NCBI RefSeq assembly: GCF_026626585.1
Contig: NZ_JAPNKD010000018.1
Location: 75,718-139,717 of the forward strand
From: Nannocystis sp. ILAH1
GTDB taxonomy: Bacteria > Myxococcota_A > Polyangia > Nannocystales > Nannocystaceae
DNA length: 64,000 bases
Direction: 5' to 3'
A program made the position numbers and the translations under genes. Below are positions 19,130-28,316 of this stretch, piece after piece. The notes beneath the pieces are model-generated. The model saw nothing but the letters and a program-made list of their open reading frames with translations, was not told where the DNA came from and made no database searches. How positions within the stretch are numbered: position 1 is the first letter of the stretch; each line of letters starts with the position of its first letter.

Positions 19130-19471
19130 GCCGGGAGTATAGCCTCGGGTCGGTCTCCCGGCGCATGTCGCGGGAAGCCGTGGCATTCCGCCGCTTTCGA
19201 CCCGCGCGTAGAACGGGGAGTGGAGGCCGGTGTCGGCGGGCTCGTGAGCCGACAGGAGCCCTCCGCGGTGCGACGCACAGCGGGTGGGGGCGGGCGCCTC
19301 CGATCCGTCCGATCGTCGAAGCGCGGGCGGTAGAGCCCCGGTCGGACGGGGGGCTGCACGGCACCGTGAGCGCGACAAGCAGGACGCGGCCAAGGGCGAT
19401 CACACCGGCGACCGGGTCTCGTCGGACGTCAACGAATAGACGTCCGGCGAGAGCCTCGCACCGTCGGCGAC

Positions 19472-21184
19472 TCACGGGACGTGGACGACGACGTCGCTGA
19501 AGTACTGACTGGAGAGCGAATTGTCCTTGCAGATCGTGCCGCTGATCAGGTGTTCGCCCTGGTCGAAGACGATCTGCACGTCGTGGGTGTCGGGGTAGAC
19601 GACGATGCTCTCCGGCCCCGAGTCGGTCGGGAACGAGGTGATGTTCTGGACCAGCACCGGCGCCTGGTCGGCGACGCCGCTCCACTTGAAGAGGCGGTAC
19701 GGCCCCGCGGTGCCGTCCTTCGGCCCGCCGAGGATCAGCATCGCCGCGTGAATCGGAGACCACGCCATCCCGCGCACACGCAGGCCGCCGAGGTCGAGCA
19801 GGATCGCCTCGCCGAACTGCGCGACGGCGCCGTTCAGCGCTGCGTCGGCGTTGAGCAGCGTGACCAGGATCGCGTCGGTGCCTTGTAGCGGGTTGCGGAA
19901 GCCGATCACCAACTGCTTGGGGCGCTGTGCCGTGGGCAGCCAGGCGAGGCCCTCGATGTTGGCGCCGTTCACCTTGGGCGCGAGGTTGGCGTCGGTGGAC
20001 TTGCTCAGGTTGGCCGCGGTGCTGAGCGTCGCTATCACGCTCGCGTTCGGCGTCAGCCAGTTGGCGCTCTTGATCATGTCGTCGAGAAGCTTCGAGGTAT
20101 AGCCGACGGTCGTCAGCGACACGTTCGGTGCGGTCCCGGCGACGTCGACGGCGAAGAAGCGGTAGCGCATCCGCTCGAGCTTGCCGCTCTTGTCGCGCCC
20201 GTGCGAGCTGACGACGTAGATCCGGTCGCCGATCCGCGCCGCGTCCTCGAGGTCCGCTTCGTCGGAGCTCGACAGGCCGATGCTGGAGGACACGTCGAAG
20301 GTCTTGGCGGCGTTGGCGTCGGCGCCGCGCTGGTAGACTCGCAGGCCCTGGTTTTCGTCGTTGCCGTCGAGGAAGTAGGCGCCGTCGAGGGCGACGCCGA
20401 ACGAACCGTCGCAGCTCTGCTTGTATTTGCCGGGCGTCGGGTCGAGCACGACCTCGCCGCCGTCGTCACCGGTGGTGCCGCCCTCCTCGGCCTCGTGCCA
20501 GGTCACGCTCAGCTTGGGCCGCTTGGCCTTGGTGCCGTACTCGCTGGCGCGGAACTCGAGCCGATTGCTGGTACCCGCACCGTCGAGGAAAAAGCCGCGG
20601 TTCTTGCCCGGGTTCGCCACCCACTGCTGCACCAGCGCGACGCCGGCGGCGTTGAGGGAGAAGGTGACGGGGCCGGTGTCGGCCGCCGAGAACGAGCCGA
20701 GCGCGGCGGTCCCGCGGTCACTCACGCCGTAGCCGCCGGCCGTCTGCCAGCTGCTGCCGGTGTTCCACACCTTCCAGGTCGCGTTCGCCTCGTTCCACGC
20801 GCGCTTGGCCTCGTACAGCGAGAACGTCTCCGGGCTCTTGTCGGAGATCTCGAGGGTGATGCTGACCGACTCGACGACCGCGGTGGTCGGGATCGCGGCG
20901 CTCAGGTCCCACGACAGCAGCGCCAGGACCTCGGTGTCCGCCTCGACCGACAGGCTGGTATCGGCGCCGTTCTTGGCGGTGGGCGAGTCGCCGTCGAGCA
21001 TGGTGTCGCGAGTGCCGGCGTAGCTGCTGGTCGGCGCCTGGCCGTCCTGGAAGCTGACGGTCACCGGCCCGCCGGCGCGCGCGAACACGGCATCGTCGTC
21101 GCCGTCTTCGCAACCGTGTGACATGAACGCGAGCGCGCCGCTCGCAACGAGGGACAGGACATGAATGCAGCGAGTGTGATGCAT
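19472..21184 (-). CDS. secreted 570-aa protein. The N-terminal region resembles DNRLRE / carbohydrate-binding modules and the C-terminal region resembles phytase-like esterase beta-propellers (tentative).
   Basis: ATG at 21184. Hydrophobic N-terminus MHHTRCIHVLSLVASGALAF. Family assignment rests on recollection of motif patterns only. Confidence 0.6.
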   Translation of the reverse strand: MHHTRCIHVLSLVASGALAFMSHGCEDGDDDAVFARAGGPVTVSFQDGQAPTSSYAGTRDTMLDGDSPTAKNGADTSLSVEADTEVLALLSWDLSAAIPTTAVVESVSITLEISDKSPETFSLYEAKRAWNEANATWKVWNTGSSWQTAGGYGVSDRGTAALGSFSAADTGPVTFSLNAAGVALVQQWVANPGKNRGFFLDGAGTSNRLEFRASEYGTKAKRPKLSVTWHEAEEGGTTGDDGGEVVLDPTPGKYKQSCDGSFGVALDGAYFLDGNDENQGLRVYQRGADANAAKTFDVSSSIGLSSSDEADLEDAARIGDRIYVVSSHGRDKSGKLERMRYRFFAVDVAGTAPNVSLTTVGYTSKLLDDMIKSANWLTPNASVIATLSTAANLSKSTDANLAPKVNGANIEGLAWLPTAQRPKQLVIGFRNPLQGTDAILVTLLNADAALNGAVAQFGEAILLDLGGLRVRGMAWSPIHAAMLILGGPKDGTAGPYRLFKWSGVADQAPVLVQNITSFPTDSGPESIVVYPDTHDVQIVFDQGEHLISGTICKDNSLSSQYFSDVVVHVP

Positions 21185-21253
21185 GGGATGACGCGACCAT
21201 CGGGCCGGACAGGCCCGCGCCGGGCATCCTAGGTATTCTCGATCATGAATGCG

Positions 21254-21269
21254 GTGACATGTCGGTCAC
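21254..21269. repeat. GTGACATGTCGGTCAC palindrome containing the GACATGTC core, 70 bp upstream of the gene starting at 21184
   Basis: Direct reading. Confidence 0.55.
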
Positions 21270-21825
21270 AGCCCGGCGGCACCTCGTCACGACGATTCCG
21301 TCGCGGGCGCGCGCGCCGATCGATTGGCTGGCCTCGGTCACGAAGGCCCGCGGCGCGCTCGCGGGCGCGGCCGTGCCGGCGCTCGACTCGAGCGGCTCCC
21401 GTGTTCGTCGCGCTGCGAGTCGCAGCCTGAGCCTCGCCAGAGAGGCCGCGCCGATCGCCGCGACGGCCGCGAGAGTCCCGAACACCCAATTTCGCTCCGC
21501 GGCTGCCAATCCGCCGAGCACGAGCATCACCAGCAGCGAGCTGGCGAGCATCACGCCGAGCATGGGCGTGGAGTGTTCCTGCGAGCGCAGCGCCATGCGC
21601 CTGCGATCACACGCCGAAGTCCCGCACTGGCTGTCGGGTATGCGCAGTCGACGCTCTCCCTACTTCGGAAGCGCCGTGCGCGCAATGTGGTCTTCGGGCC
21701 GACGCAGAGCCCGACGTCTCCCGGCGCCGAGGGAACGATGTCGACCAATCCCGCTCGCAGGGCGCCTGCAGGGGCCGACGAGCGCGTTGCGCGTTGTGGC
21801 GCATTCAGGAAAACATTTTCTGGCG

Positions 21826-22809
21826 ATGGGTTATTCTGGCCCCAGCATGGACGAGCGTTCGAGTGGCCCCGAGGACGCGTCGGCGACGGCGCTGGCGGAT
21901 GATTGGTCCGTCCTCCTGGCAGTGACCGAGCAGCTGAACGAGGCGACGGTCCGCGAAGCCACGCTGCAGGCATTCCTCCTGGCGGCGCCGCGGCGCGACG
22001 AGGCCGAGGTGGTGCTCTGCACCGTCGAGCACGACGCCGCCGACAAGCCGGAGTGGCTCTCGGTCGCGGTGGTCCGGCCAGCAGCGGTGCGGCCGGCACG
22101 GGCCCACGTCGGCGGCCGCTACCACCTCCCCGACATGCCGTTCTCACGGGTCTGGCTCGAGCAGCCGGGCGTGCCGGTGCTCGTCGGATCCGCCGCGACC
22201 GATCCGCGGATCGATCCGGTCCTGCGCGACATGTGGGCGGCCGCCGGCATCAAGGCGGCGCTGATGATCGCGTTGACCCTGCGCGGCCGCGTCGTCGGCG
22301 TGTTCTCGATACAGTGGAGCTGCGAGGTGCCGCTCGGCCCGCGGGAGCAGCGGATCTACCAGATCCTCTCGCGCAACGCGGCGCTGTTGCTCGAGAACAT
22401 GGTGATCGTCGATCGCCTGCAGGCCGCGCTGGCCGAGCGCAGCGCGCCGCTGATCCCGATCACCGACGACATCCTGGTCATGCCGCTGATCGGCACGCTC
22501 GACGAGACCCGCCGCGCGCGGATCCTCGAGGTGGCGCTGCAGGGGTCGTCCGCCGCGCGGGTCACGATCATCGACATCACCGGCGTCCCGTCGCTCGACG
22601 TCCACGCCGCCGCGCTCCTCACCAGCACCGCCCAGGCGCTGCGGCTGCTCGGCGTGCTCCCGATCCTGAGCGGCGTGCGTGCGGAGGTCGCCCGGGACCT
22701 GATGTCTTTCGGCGATGCGCTGACCGGCATCGTGACCTGCGGGACGCTCCAGGCCGGCGTCGAATACGCCCTGCGGCAGCTCGGCAAGTCGTATTCGCGC
22801 GCGATCTAG
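21826..22809 (+). CDS. GAF-STAS sensor protein
   Basis: ATG at 21826. A GAF-like middle region followed by a STAS block that is near-parallel to the 2845-4020 protein (APLIPITDDILVMPLIGTLD...IIDITG). Confidence 0.7.
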   Translation: MGYSGPSMDERSSGPEDASATALADDWSVLLAVTEQLNEATVREATLQAFLLAAPRRDEAEVVLCTVEHDAADKPEWLSVAVVRPAAVRPARAHVGGRYHLPDMPFSRVWLEQPGVPVLVGSAATDPRIDPVLRDMWAAAGIKAALMIALTLRGRVVGVFSIQWSCEVPLGPREQRIYQILSRNAALLLENMVIVDRLQAALAERSAPLIPITDDILVMPLIGTLDETRRARILEVALQGSSAARVTIIDITGVPSLDVHAAALLTSTAQALRLLGVLPILSGVRAEVARDLMSFGDALTGIVTCGTLQAGVEYALRQLGKSYSRAI

Positions 22810-22887
22810 CAGGTCGCTGAAAAATGGCGACGGAGCCCGCGAAGCCGCCCCACTCATCATCGAGAAGTGCCCTGCGCGGCCGAATTC

Positions 22888-22915
22888 GGCCATGTTCTGT
22901 CCGAATGGACATGCC
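22888..22915. repeat. palindromic element GGCCATGTTCTGTCCGAATGGACATGCC (TGTCC-N4-GGACA core), 80 bp after the GAF-STAS stop and 35 bp outside the IS left end
   Basis: Direct reading. It is an 18/22 direct match to 24518-24539. Confidence 0.6.
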
Positions 22916-23010
22916 GCTTTGGGCCGGCCGGGACTTTTTCAGCAACCTGCTAGCCCGGATTTCTCACCACGGCGAGGAATTCCGGCCGTACTTCCCGAGT
23001 TTGAGCGGGT

Positions 23011-24456
23011 GTGAAACAGGTGCTGGCCACCCAGGGGTACGGCCGGAACACGACAAGGTGTATCCGCGCCGAGTTCGATTTTCAACCTGCCGGGCGACGA
23101 CGCGTCGAAGCTGCGTTCGACGCCGGACGGGTCAGCTCGGACGGAGGTTTGCTGCTGCTGCGCGAGCTGACCAAAAGTTCAGGTGTGTTTCGAAGGTTCG
23201 CGTCCTGCTTTCGGGATCACCGCGACCCCAGCCGCATCGAGCACACCGTCGAGGAACTACTCGCGCAGCGCGTGCTGGGCCTGCTGTGCGGTTACGAGGA
23301 TTTGAACGACCACGACACACTCCGCGATGATGCCTTGCTCGCGCTGGCGGTCGGCAAGGCCGATCCGACCGGCGAGCAGCGCAAGCGGGAGCGCGACCGA
23401 GGTCACGCGCTGGCCGGCAAGAGCACGTTGAACCGCCTGGAGCTGGCGACGCCGCTCGTCGCTGGTGACGAGCGCTACAAGAAGATCAGCTACGACGACC
23501 ACGGCATCCAGCGCCTCTTCGTCGACACCTTCCTCGCCGCCCACGCTGAAGCACCAGCGGAGATTGTCCTCGATCTCGATGCGACCGACGACCCGGTACA
23601 CGGTCAGCAGGAAGGCCGTTTCTTTCACGGCTTCTATGACGGCTACTGCTACCTACCGCTGTACGTCTTCTGCGGCGACTTTCTCCTTGGCGCCGCGCTG
23701 AACACCGCCGACGAGCAGCCAGTCAGCCATGCAGTCGAGGAGCTCGAGCGGATCGTCGGTCAGATCCTCGCCCGCTGGCCCGATGTCCGGATCATCGTGC
23801 GGGGCGATTCCGGCTTCTGCCGCGACGAGGTCATGCGCTGGTGCGAAGACAACGGCCTCTTCTTCGTCCTGGGCCTGCAGAAGAACTCGCGCCTTGTCGC
23901 CGAGATCGAGGACGAGATGAACGAAGCCCGCGCCATCGCCGAGCGTACCGGCAAGAACGCTCGTGTATTCAAGGACTTCCGATACGAGACGAACCGGTCC
24001 TGGTCCTGTGAGCGTCGCGTGATCGGCAAGGCCGAGTACACGACCGACAAGGAGAACCCGCGCTTCGTCGCCACCAACCTGTCGTGCGACGAGTACGACG
24101 CCCGCGGCCTCTACGAGGACCTGTACTGCGCTCGCGGCGACATGGAGAATCGGATCAAGGAGCAGCAACTCGGCCTCTTCGCCGACCGCACCAGCGCGCA
24201 CACGCTGCGCGCCAACCAGCTCCGCCTCTGGCTCTCGTCCGTCGCCTACATGATCCTGAACGAGCTCCGCCGACTCGCACTCGTAGGCACCGAACTCGCG
24301 CACGCCCAGGTCTCCACGATCCGCACGCGGCTGCTCAAGATCGGTGCCATCGTCACGACCTCGGTCCGCCGCATCTACGTCTCCCTCAGCTCGGTCTTCC
24401 CCTTCCAGCACGTCTGGTGGAGAGCCCTCGACAACCTCCGCCCAGCTCACTCATGA
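23011..24456 (+). CDS. IS1380-family DDE transposase
   Basis: 481 aa. Blocks GGLLLLRELT, RDPSRIEHTVEELLAQRVLGLLCGYEDLNDHD and LDLDATDDPVHGQQEGRFFHGFYDGYCYLPLYVF match the IS1380 transposase family. Confidence 0.85.
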   Translation: MKQVLATQGYGRNTTRCIRAEFDFQPAGRRRVEAAFDAGRVSSDGGLLLLRELTKSSGVFRRFASCFRDHRDPSRIEHTVEELLAQRVLGLLCGYEDLNDHDTLRDDALLALAVGKADPTGEQRKRERDRGHALAGKSTLNRLELATPLVAGDERYKKISYDDHGIQRLFVDTFLAAHAEAPAEIVLDLDATDDPVHGQQEGRFFHGFYDGYCYLPLYVFCGDFLLGAALNTADEQPVSHAVEELERIVGQILARWPDVRIIVRGDSGFCRDEVMRWCEDNGLFFVLGLQKNSRLVAEIEDEMNEARAIAERTGKNARVFKDFRYETNRSWSCERRVIGKAEYTTDKENPRFVATNLSCDEYDARGLYEDLYCARGDMENRIKEQQLGLFADRTSAHTLRANQLRLWLSSVAYMILNELRRLALVGTELAHAQVSTIRTRLLKIGAIVTTSVRRIYVSLSSVFPFQHVWWRALDNLRPAHS

Positions 24457-24517
24457 GACGCTGACGGTCCTCGACAAATTCCTACCTGATGGTGCGCCTC
24501 CATCCGCGCAGGGACTC

Positions 24518-24547
24518 GTCTGTCCTCATGGACATGTCTTCCGGAAG
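24518..24547. repeat. palindromic element GTCTGTCCTCATGGACATGTCTTCCGGAAG inside the IS, within the unusually long 225-bp segment between the transposase stop and the right inverted repeat
   Basis: Direct reading. Confidence 0.6.
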
Positions 24548-24723
24548 GCGTCCGCCGGGCTTGTAGCCCATCATACAGCTCGATCTCGCGCGCTCGCCGG
24601 TATCACCTGCGGGCTCATGTGGGCGCCGTACGAGCGATCGGTGCCAGGGTCTGACGACGGCCGCTCGGCAGGCTCCGCTATCCGTGGTGAGAAATCCGGA
24701 CTAGGCCCGCGCCGCGGCTCGGT

Positions 24724-24806
24724 CCGGTCGTCGTGGTATATCGCGGCGATGACGACCCCATCCGAGTCGGGCCGGCGCGCCGGGACGAACGTGCTCCGCG
24801 AATGGA
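24724..24806 (+). promoter_or_regulatory. conserved ~85-bp leader element, copy A. TGGTATAT box then ATGACGACCCCATCCGA. Here the short ORF (MTTPSESGRRAGTNVLREW) runs in-frame into the downstream gene.
   Basis: About 88% identity with the reverse complement of 1283-1370. It begins 20 bp beyond the IS right inverted repeat. Confidence 0.55.
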
Positions 24807-25525
24807 TGCCCGACCGGATCCTCCGCCTCATGGTGTTGCAGCAATTGATCGACGTCGGTGAGGTCGAGCCGATCACCGCCGAGGCGGCCTACCCGGCGGT
24901 CCGCGGCGAGCCGTACGACGCGTGGGCGGAAGACGGCCATCGCTTCAACGAGGACATCGCGGCGTACATCGACGACACGCCGGTCGACGAAGCGATGCTG
25001 GCGAGGGTGACGCGGTTGCCCACGGACCCGACTGCGGACCTCGTGTTCGTGATCTGGCCGCAATTCGACGGCGAGAGCGACGAGTTCGACGTCACCGATC
25101 TTTCCGGCCTCGATCGCTTGCCCGCGCTGGCGGAGCTGTTCGTCGAGGTCCGCCGCCAGGCCGACCTCGCGGTCGTGGCGCGTTGCGCCCACCTGACCGC
25201 GGCGTCGCTGGACTGCCGCGTGCCTCTCGACCTCTCCCCGCTGGCAGCGGCGCGCGGGCTGCAGACGCTGGAGCTGCGGCACGCCGAGAACGTCGCCGAC
25301 CTCGCCTGGCTGCGCGCGCAGCCGGAGCTGGCCACGCTCCGGCTGCACGGCGATCCGCAGGCGCTCGATCTGCGGCCCCTGCTCGACATGCCCGCGCTCG
25401 GCTCGTTCGCCCTGCTGCGCACTGCGTTCGTCGAGGGGACGAACCCGTCCGTGCTGACGTTCGGGGACAACGCGCTGGTCCTCGCCGCCCTGTTCGTCCG
25501 CGGCGTCGCGGTGGAGACGCGCTGA
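24749..25525 (+). CDS. hypothetical protein with a leucine-rich-repeat-like C-terminal half. The start is uncertain (ATG 24749 = conserved leader ATG, or ATG near 24806, MPDRIL).
   Basis: LxxLxL-type repeats (LQTLELRHAENVADLAWLRAQPELATLRLHG...). Confidence 0.55.
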   Translation: MTTPSESGRRAGTNVLREWMPDRILRLMVLQQLIDVGEVEPITAEAAYPAVRGEPYDAWAEDGHRFNEDIAAYIDDTPVDEAMLARVTRLPTDPTADLVFVIWPQFDGESDEFDVTDLSGLDRLPALAELFVEVRRQADLAVVARCAHLTAASLDCRVPLDLSPLAAARGLQTLELRHAENVADLAWLRAQPELATLRLHGDPQALDLRPLLDMPALGSFALLRTAFVEGTNPSVLTFGDNALVLAALFVRGVAVETR

Positions 25526-25603
25526 GGCTGCCCGGCGGTCGCGCGGTTCGCGGCCGTGGCCGCCGGTGAGCAGGGGACGTCGCGGCGTGTCCTTCGCCTT
25601 GAC

Positions 25604-25629
25604 AAATGGTTCACGCGGATGAACCATTT
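25604..25629. promoter_or_regulatory. perfect 10-bp inverted repeat AAATGGTTCA-N6-TGAACCATTT overlapping the MarR start codon. Probable autoregulatory operator.
   Basis: Direct reading. The ATG at 25619 lies inside the palindrome. A TTGACA hexamer sits at 25599-25604. Confidence 0.55.
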
Positions 25630-26116
25630 GCTCACGCAAACTATGGTCCGCAGCCCCGACGACCCTGTCAATGCCCGCCTGGGCGGCCTGATCGAGGCGT
25701 TCATGAACCGGGTCGCCCATCCTCGCGGGCGCGCGCTGGCGTTCTTGACCCGGTCGTCGGTCACCGTCGACCAGGCGATCCTCGTGAACCACGCGCTGGC
25801 CCGGCCCGGCAGCACCCCGACCAGCCTGGCGGCGACGATGAACCTGTCGCTGCCCTCGATCAGCCAGATGCTCGAGCGGCTGGCGCGGCTCGGCATGCTC
25901 CGGCGCACCGAAGACCCGGCCGATCGCCGACGCAAGACGATCGAGGTCACGCCGAAGGCGCGACGGTTCCTCCGCGAGCTGCAGGCGGTCCGCTCGCAGG
26001 AGTTCTCGGCCGGCGCGGCTGCCCTGTCGCCGGCCACGCAGCAGCGGCTCGTCGCGGCGCTCGAGCGAGCGCTGACCGAGCTCGACGCCGACCCATCCGG
26101 AGGAGAACCGCGATGA
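25619..26116 (+). CDS. MarR-family transcriptional regulator
   Basis: 165 aa. A winged-helix stretch SISQMLERLARLGMLRRTEDPADRRRKTIEVT is typical of MarR. Confidence 0.8.
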   Translation: MNHLLTQTMVRSPDDPVNARLGGLIEAFMNRVAHPRGRALAFLTRSSVTVDQAILVNHALARPGSTPTSLAATMNLSLPSISQMLERLARLGMLRRTEDPADRRRKTIEVTPKARRFLRELQAVRSQEFSAGAAALSPATQQRLVAALERALTELDADPSGGEPR

Positions 26117-26481
26117 TTCAGCTCGACCACCTGGCCGTCGAGGCGCGCGACGTCGCCGCCTCGGCGCGATTCCTGGCCGACATCCTCGGCCTCGCGGGGC
26201 CCGTGCCCGAGGGCGAGGACGACGACATGTTCCGCATCGACCTCGACCACGGCGTGTTCGTCCTGTTCTCGCCGGCGAGCGAGCCGCGCTTCTCACACGT
26301 CGCTTTCCGCGTCGACGCTGCTCGCTTCGAAAGCATCGTCGACCGCCTGCGCGCGCGGGGGGTCGCGTTCGGCAACGATCATGACGACACCCGCAATCAC
26401 CGGACCGAGGACTTCCTCGGTGGTGCGGGCCGCGCCTATTTTCACGACGCCGACGGTCACCTGTGGGAGGTGACCTGCTGA
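26113..26481 (+). CDS. VOC / glyoxalase-family protein
   Basis: The ATG overlaps the MarR stop (ATGA). Block IQLDHLAVEARDV...FSHVAFRVD...GHLWEV. Confidence 0.75.
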   Translation: MIQLDHLAVEARDVAASARFLADILGLAGPVPEGEDDDMFRIDLDHGVFVLFSPASEPRFSHVAFRVDAARFESIVDRLRARGVAFGNDHDDTRNHRTEDFLGGAGRAYFHDADGHLWEVTC

Positions 26482-26508
26482 GGCGCCCGGGGCTGTTCGC
26501 CGCGCGCC

Positions 26509-28047
26509 TCAGGGCGCGAAGGCGTCGAGCTCGATGCGGAGCGCGCGGACGACGATCTCGCCCGGGAGGCTGCCGTGCAGGCGCAGGCCGACCGCCAGCG
26601 AGCTGCCGAACGCCTGCGCGTGCGTGGCGACGAGGGTGTCGCCGAACTCCCCCCAGGCGTCGAACGTCGCCAGCCGGGGGATGGGCAGGGTGAGGACCTC
26701 GAGCGGGTCGGCGCCGTCCATGGCCACGCGGAACAGGTGCAGCGTCGAGGTGGTGGCGTCGCTGACCACCGAGGGCTGGCAGAAGCAGCCGATGCGGTCC
26801 TGGCAATCGAGGGTGTACTCGTAGGTGGTGTCGAGCTGGGTGGTGATCACGACGGCCCAGGCGAGGCCGTCCGGCGTGCGGGCGAGGGTGGCGGTTTGGT
26901 CCTCGAAGCCGGTGGCCGTGGCGCTGCACGACGCCGGGCACGTGTCGTCGTCCTCGGGGAACACGGAACCCTCGCACTGGCCCTCGAGCAGGCCGAAGCC
27001 GGGGATCTGGGCGGCGGCGCTGGTCTCGTCGTCGATCGGCCAGGCGACCTCGAGGAGAGCGTCGTCCTGGATGAGCGCGGCGAACGGAGCCCCGACCGGC
27101 GGGGTCGGCTGCGCGCTCGGGGCCAGGAAGTAGTGCTGGCTGTCGGACGAGTTGAAGTTCTTGCCGAGGCGCTGCACGGCGCCGTCGACCTCGACGTCGA
27201 GCCAGTACAAAGTGTCGTCCTGACGCATGTCGGCGGCGAGGAGGCGCCCCTTCGCGTCGCGTCCGAACTTGGGCGTGCCATAGCCGCCGGTCGGGAAGGC
27301 GACGGGCGTGCTGGTCCATGTGCCCTGGTCGTCGCGGACGAGCTCGCGGAAATCCTCGGGCCCCTCGCCGAAGTGCCAGATGTGCGGCCGGCCGTCGGGT
27401 AGGACCTGGAACCCGGCCAGCGGCTCGCCGGCGATGCCCACGTGGGCGGTCTCCTCGGCCCAATCATGAGCCTCGGCGACGTAGGCGATGTCCGAGTCGC
27501 CGGGATCGAGCGTGCCCTGGACCTCGGCGGCGACGTGCAGATCGCCGCCGGGGCCGGCGGCGAGGTGAATCGTGCTGCGCGCGAAGCGGGCCGGCAGCGT
27601 GACTCGCTGGGCCGAGTCGGTCGTGACGCGGAAGAGCATGCTGTCGGAGCCGCTCGCGGTGGCGACCCATGTGACGTCGGGCGTGGGAGCGACGCGGACG
27701 CCAGGGCTGCCGAATTCGAGGTCGCCGCATCGAAGCTCGACGTCGGCGGAGATCGGGCACATCCCGGAGGGACAGACGGCAGCGGCGTGGTCGCCCGGGA
27801 AGACCTCGACGTCGCACGCGGGCGGCGGCGGATCGACGGTCGTGGTGGACGTGGTGGTCGGCTCGTCGAGCGTGGTCGTGGAGGTCGGGGTGAGGGTGGT
27901 GGTGGTCGTGGTCTCGCCGGGATCGGTGGTGCCGTCGGTGGTGGTCTGGGTGCCGCCGTCGGTGGTGGCGTCGCTGGTCGAGGTCGAAGGGCCACACGCG
28001 AGGGACAGGGCGCTGGCGTTGGCGAGGAGCATAAGTAGGCTGCGCAT
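26509..28047 (-). CDS. lipoprotein with a Thr-rich linker and a large Cys-containing extracellular domain (hypothetical)
   Basis: ATG at 28047. MRSLLMLLANASALSLAC lipobox. Poly-Thr linker. Confidence 0.65.
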   Translation of the reverse strand: MRSLLMLLANASALSLACGPSTSTSDATTDGGTQTTTDGTTDPGETTTTTTLTPTSTTTLDEPTTTSTTTVDPPPPACDVEVFPGDHAAAVCPSGMCPISADVELRCGDLEFGSPGVRVAPTPDVTWVATASGSDSMLFRVTTDSAQRVTLPARFARSTIHLAAGPGGDLHVAAEVQGTLDPGDSDIAYVAEAHDWAEETAHVGIAGEPLAGFQVLPDGRPHIWHFGEGPEDFRELVRDDQGTWTSTPVAFPTGGYGTPKFGRDAKGRLLAADMRQDDTLYWLDVEVDGAVQRLGKNFNSSDSQHYFLAPSAQPTPPVGAPFAALIQDDALLEVAWPIDDETSAAAQIPGFGLLEGQCEGSVFPEDDDTCPASCSATATGFEDQTATLARTPDGLAWAVVITTQLDTTYEYTLDCQDRIGCFCQPSVVSDATTSTLHLFRVAMDGADPLEVLTLPIPRLATFDAWGEFGDTLVATHAQAFGSSLAVGLRLHGSLPGEIVVRALRIELDAFAP

Positions 28048-28316
28048 GCGCGGGAGGCTATCACAGACCCGGGGCGCGGCGGCGCGAAGTATCGGCAGGT
28101 ATACCGCCGGTGGTGATAGTCGCCCGAGGCAATGGCGGTAGAGCATTGCATGCACCGCAGGCGCCGGGAGTGTCATGCGCACGCTGCGCGTAACCCGTGC
28201 GGGGAGCGTTGCAGCCCCTCGCTACATCGCGCGGAGCGCTTACTTCCATTTCGACGTGGATCGAGGCGTCGGCGGGATCGGGTATAAGTCCCGCCGCTCC
28301 TGGAGAGCGAAGACGG

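Larger units (their letters stand above)
22950..24704 (+). mobile_element. IS1380-family insertion sequence, about 1.75 kb, with 23-bp terminal inverted repeats (CTAGCCCGGATTTCTCACCACGG left, CTAGTCCGGATTTCTCACCACGG right, 22/23 identical)
   Basis: The inverted repeats lie at 22950-22972 and 24682-24704 and flank the transposase. I cannot see a clean 4-5 bp target duplication (CCTG on the left, CCCG on the right). Confidence 0.6.

Noticed and set aside
21243-21596. 117-aa minus-strand ORF with two hydrophobic helices in the divergent region upstream of the 19472-21184 gene.
   Set aside because: No Shine-Dalgarno. The composition is junk-like outside the helices. It overlaps the likely promoter region. 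It is kept only as a weak possibility (<0.25).
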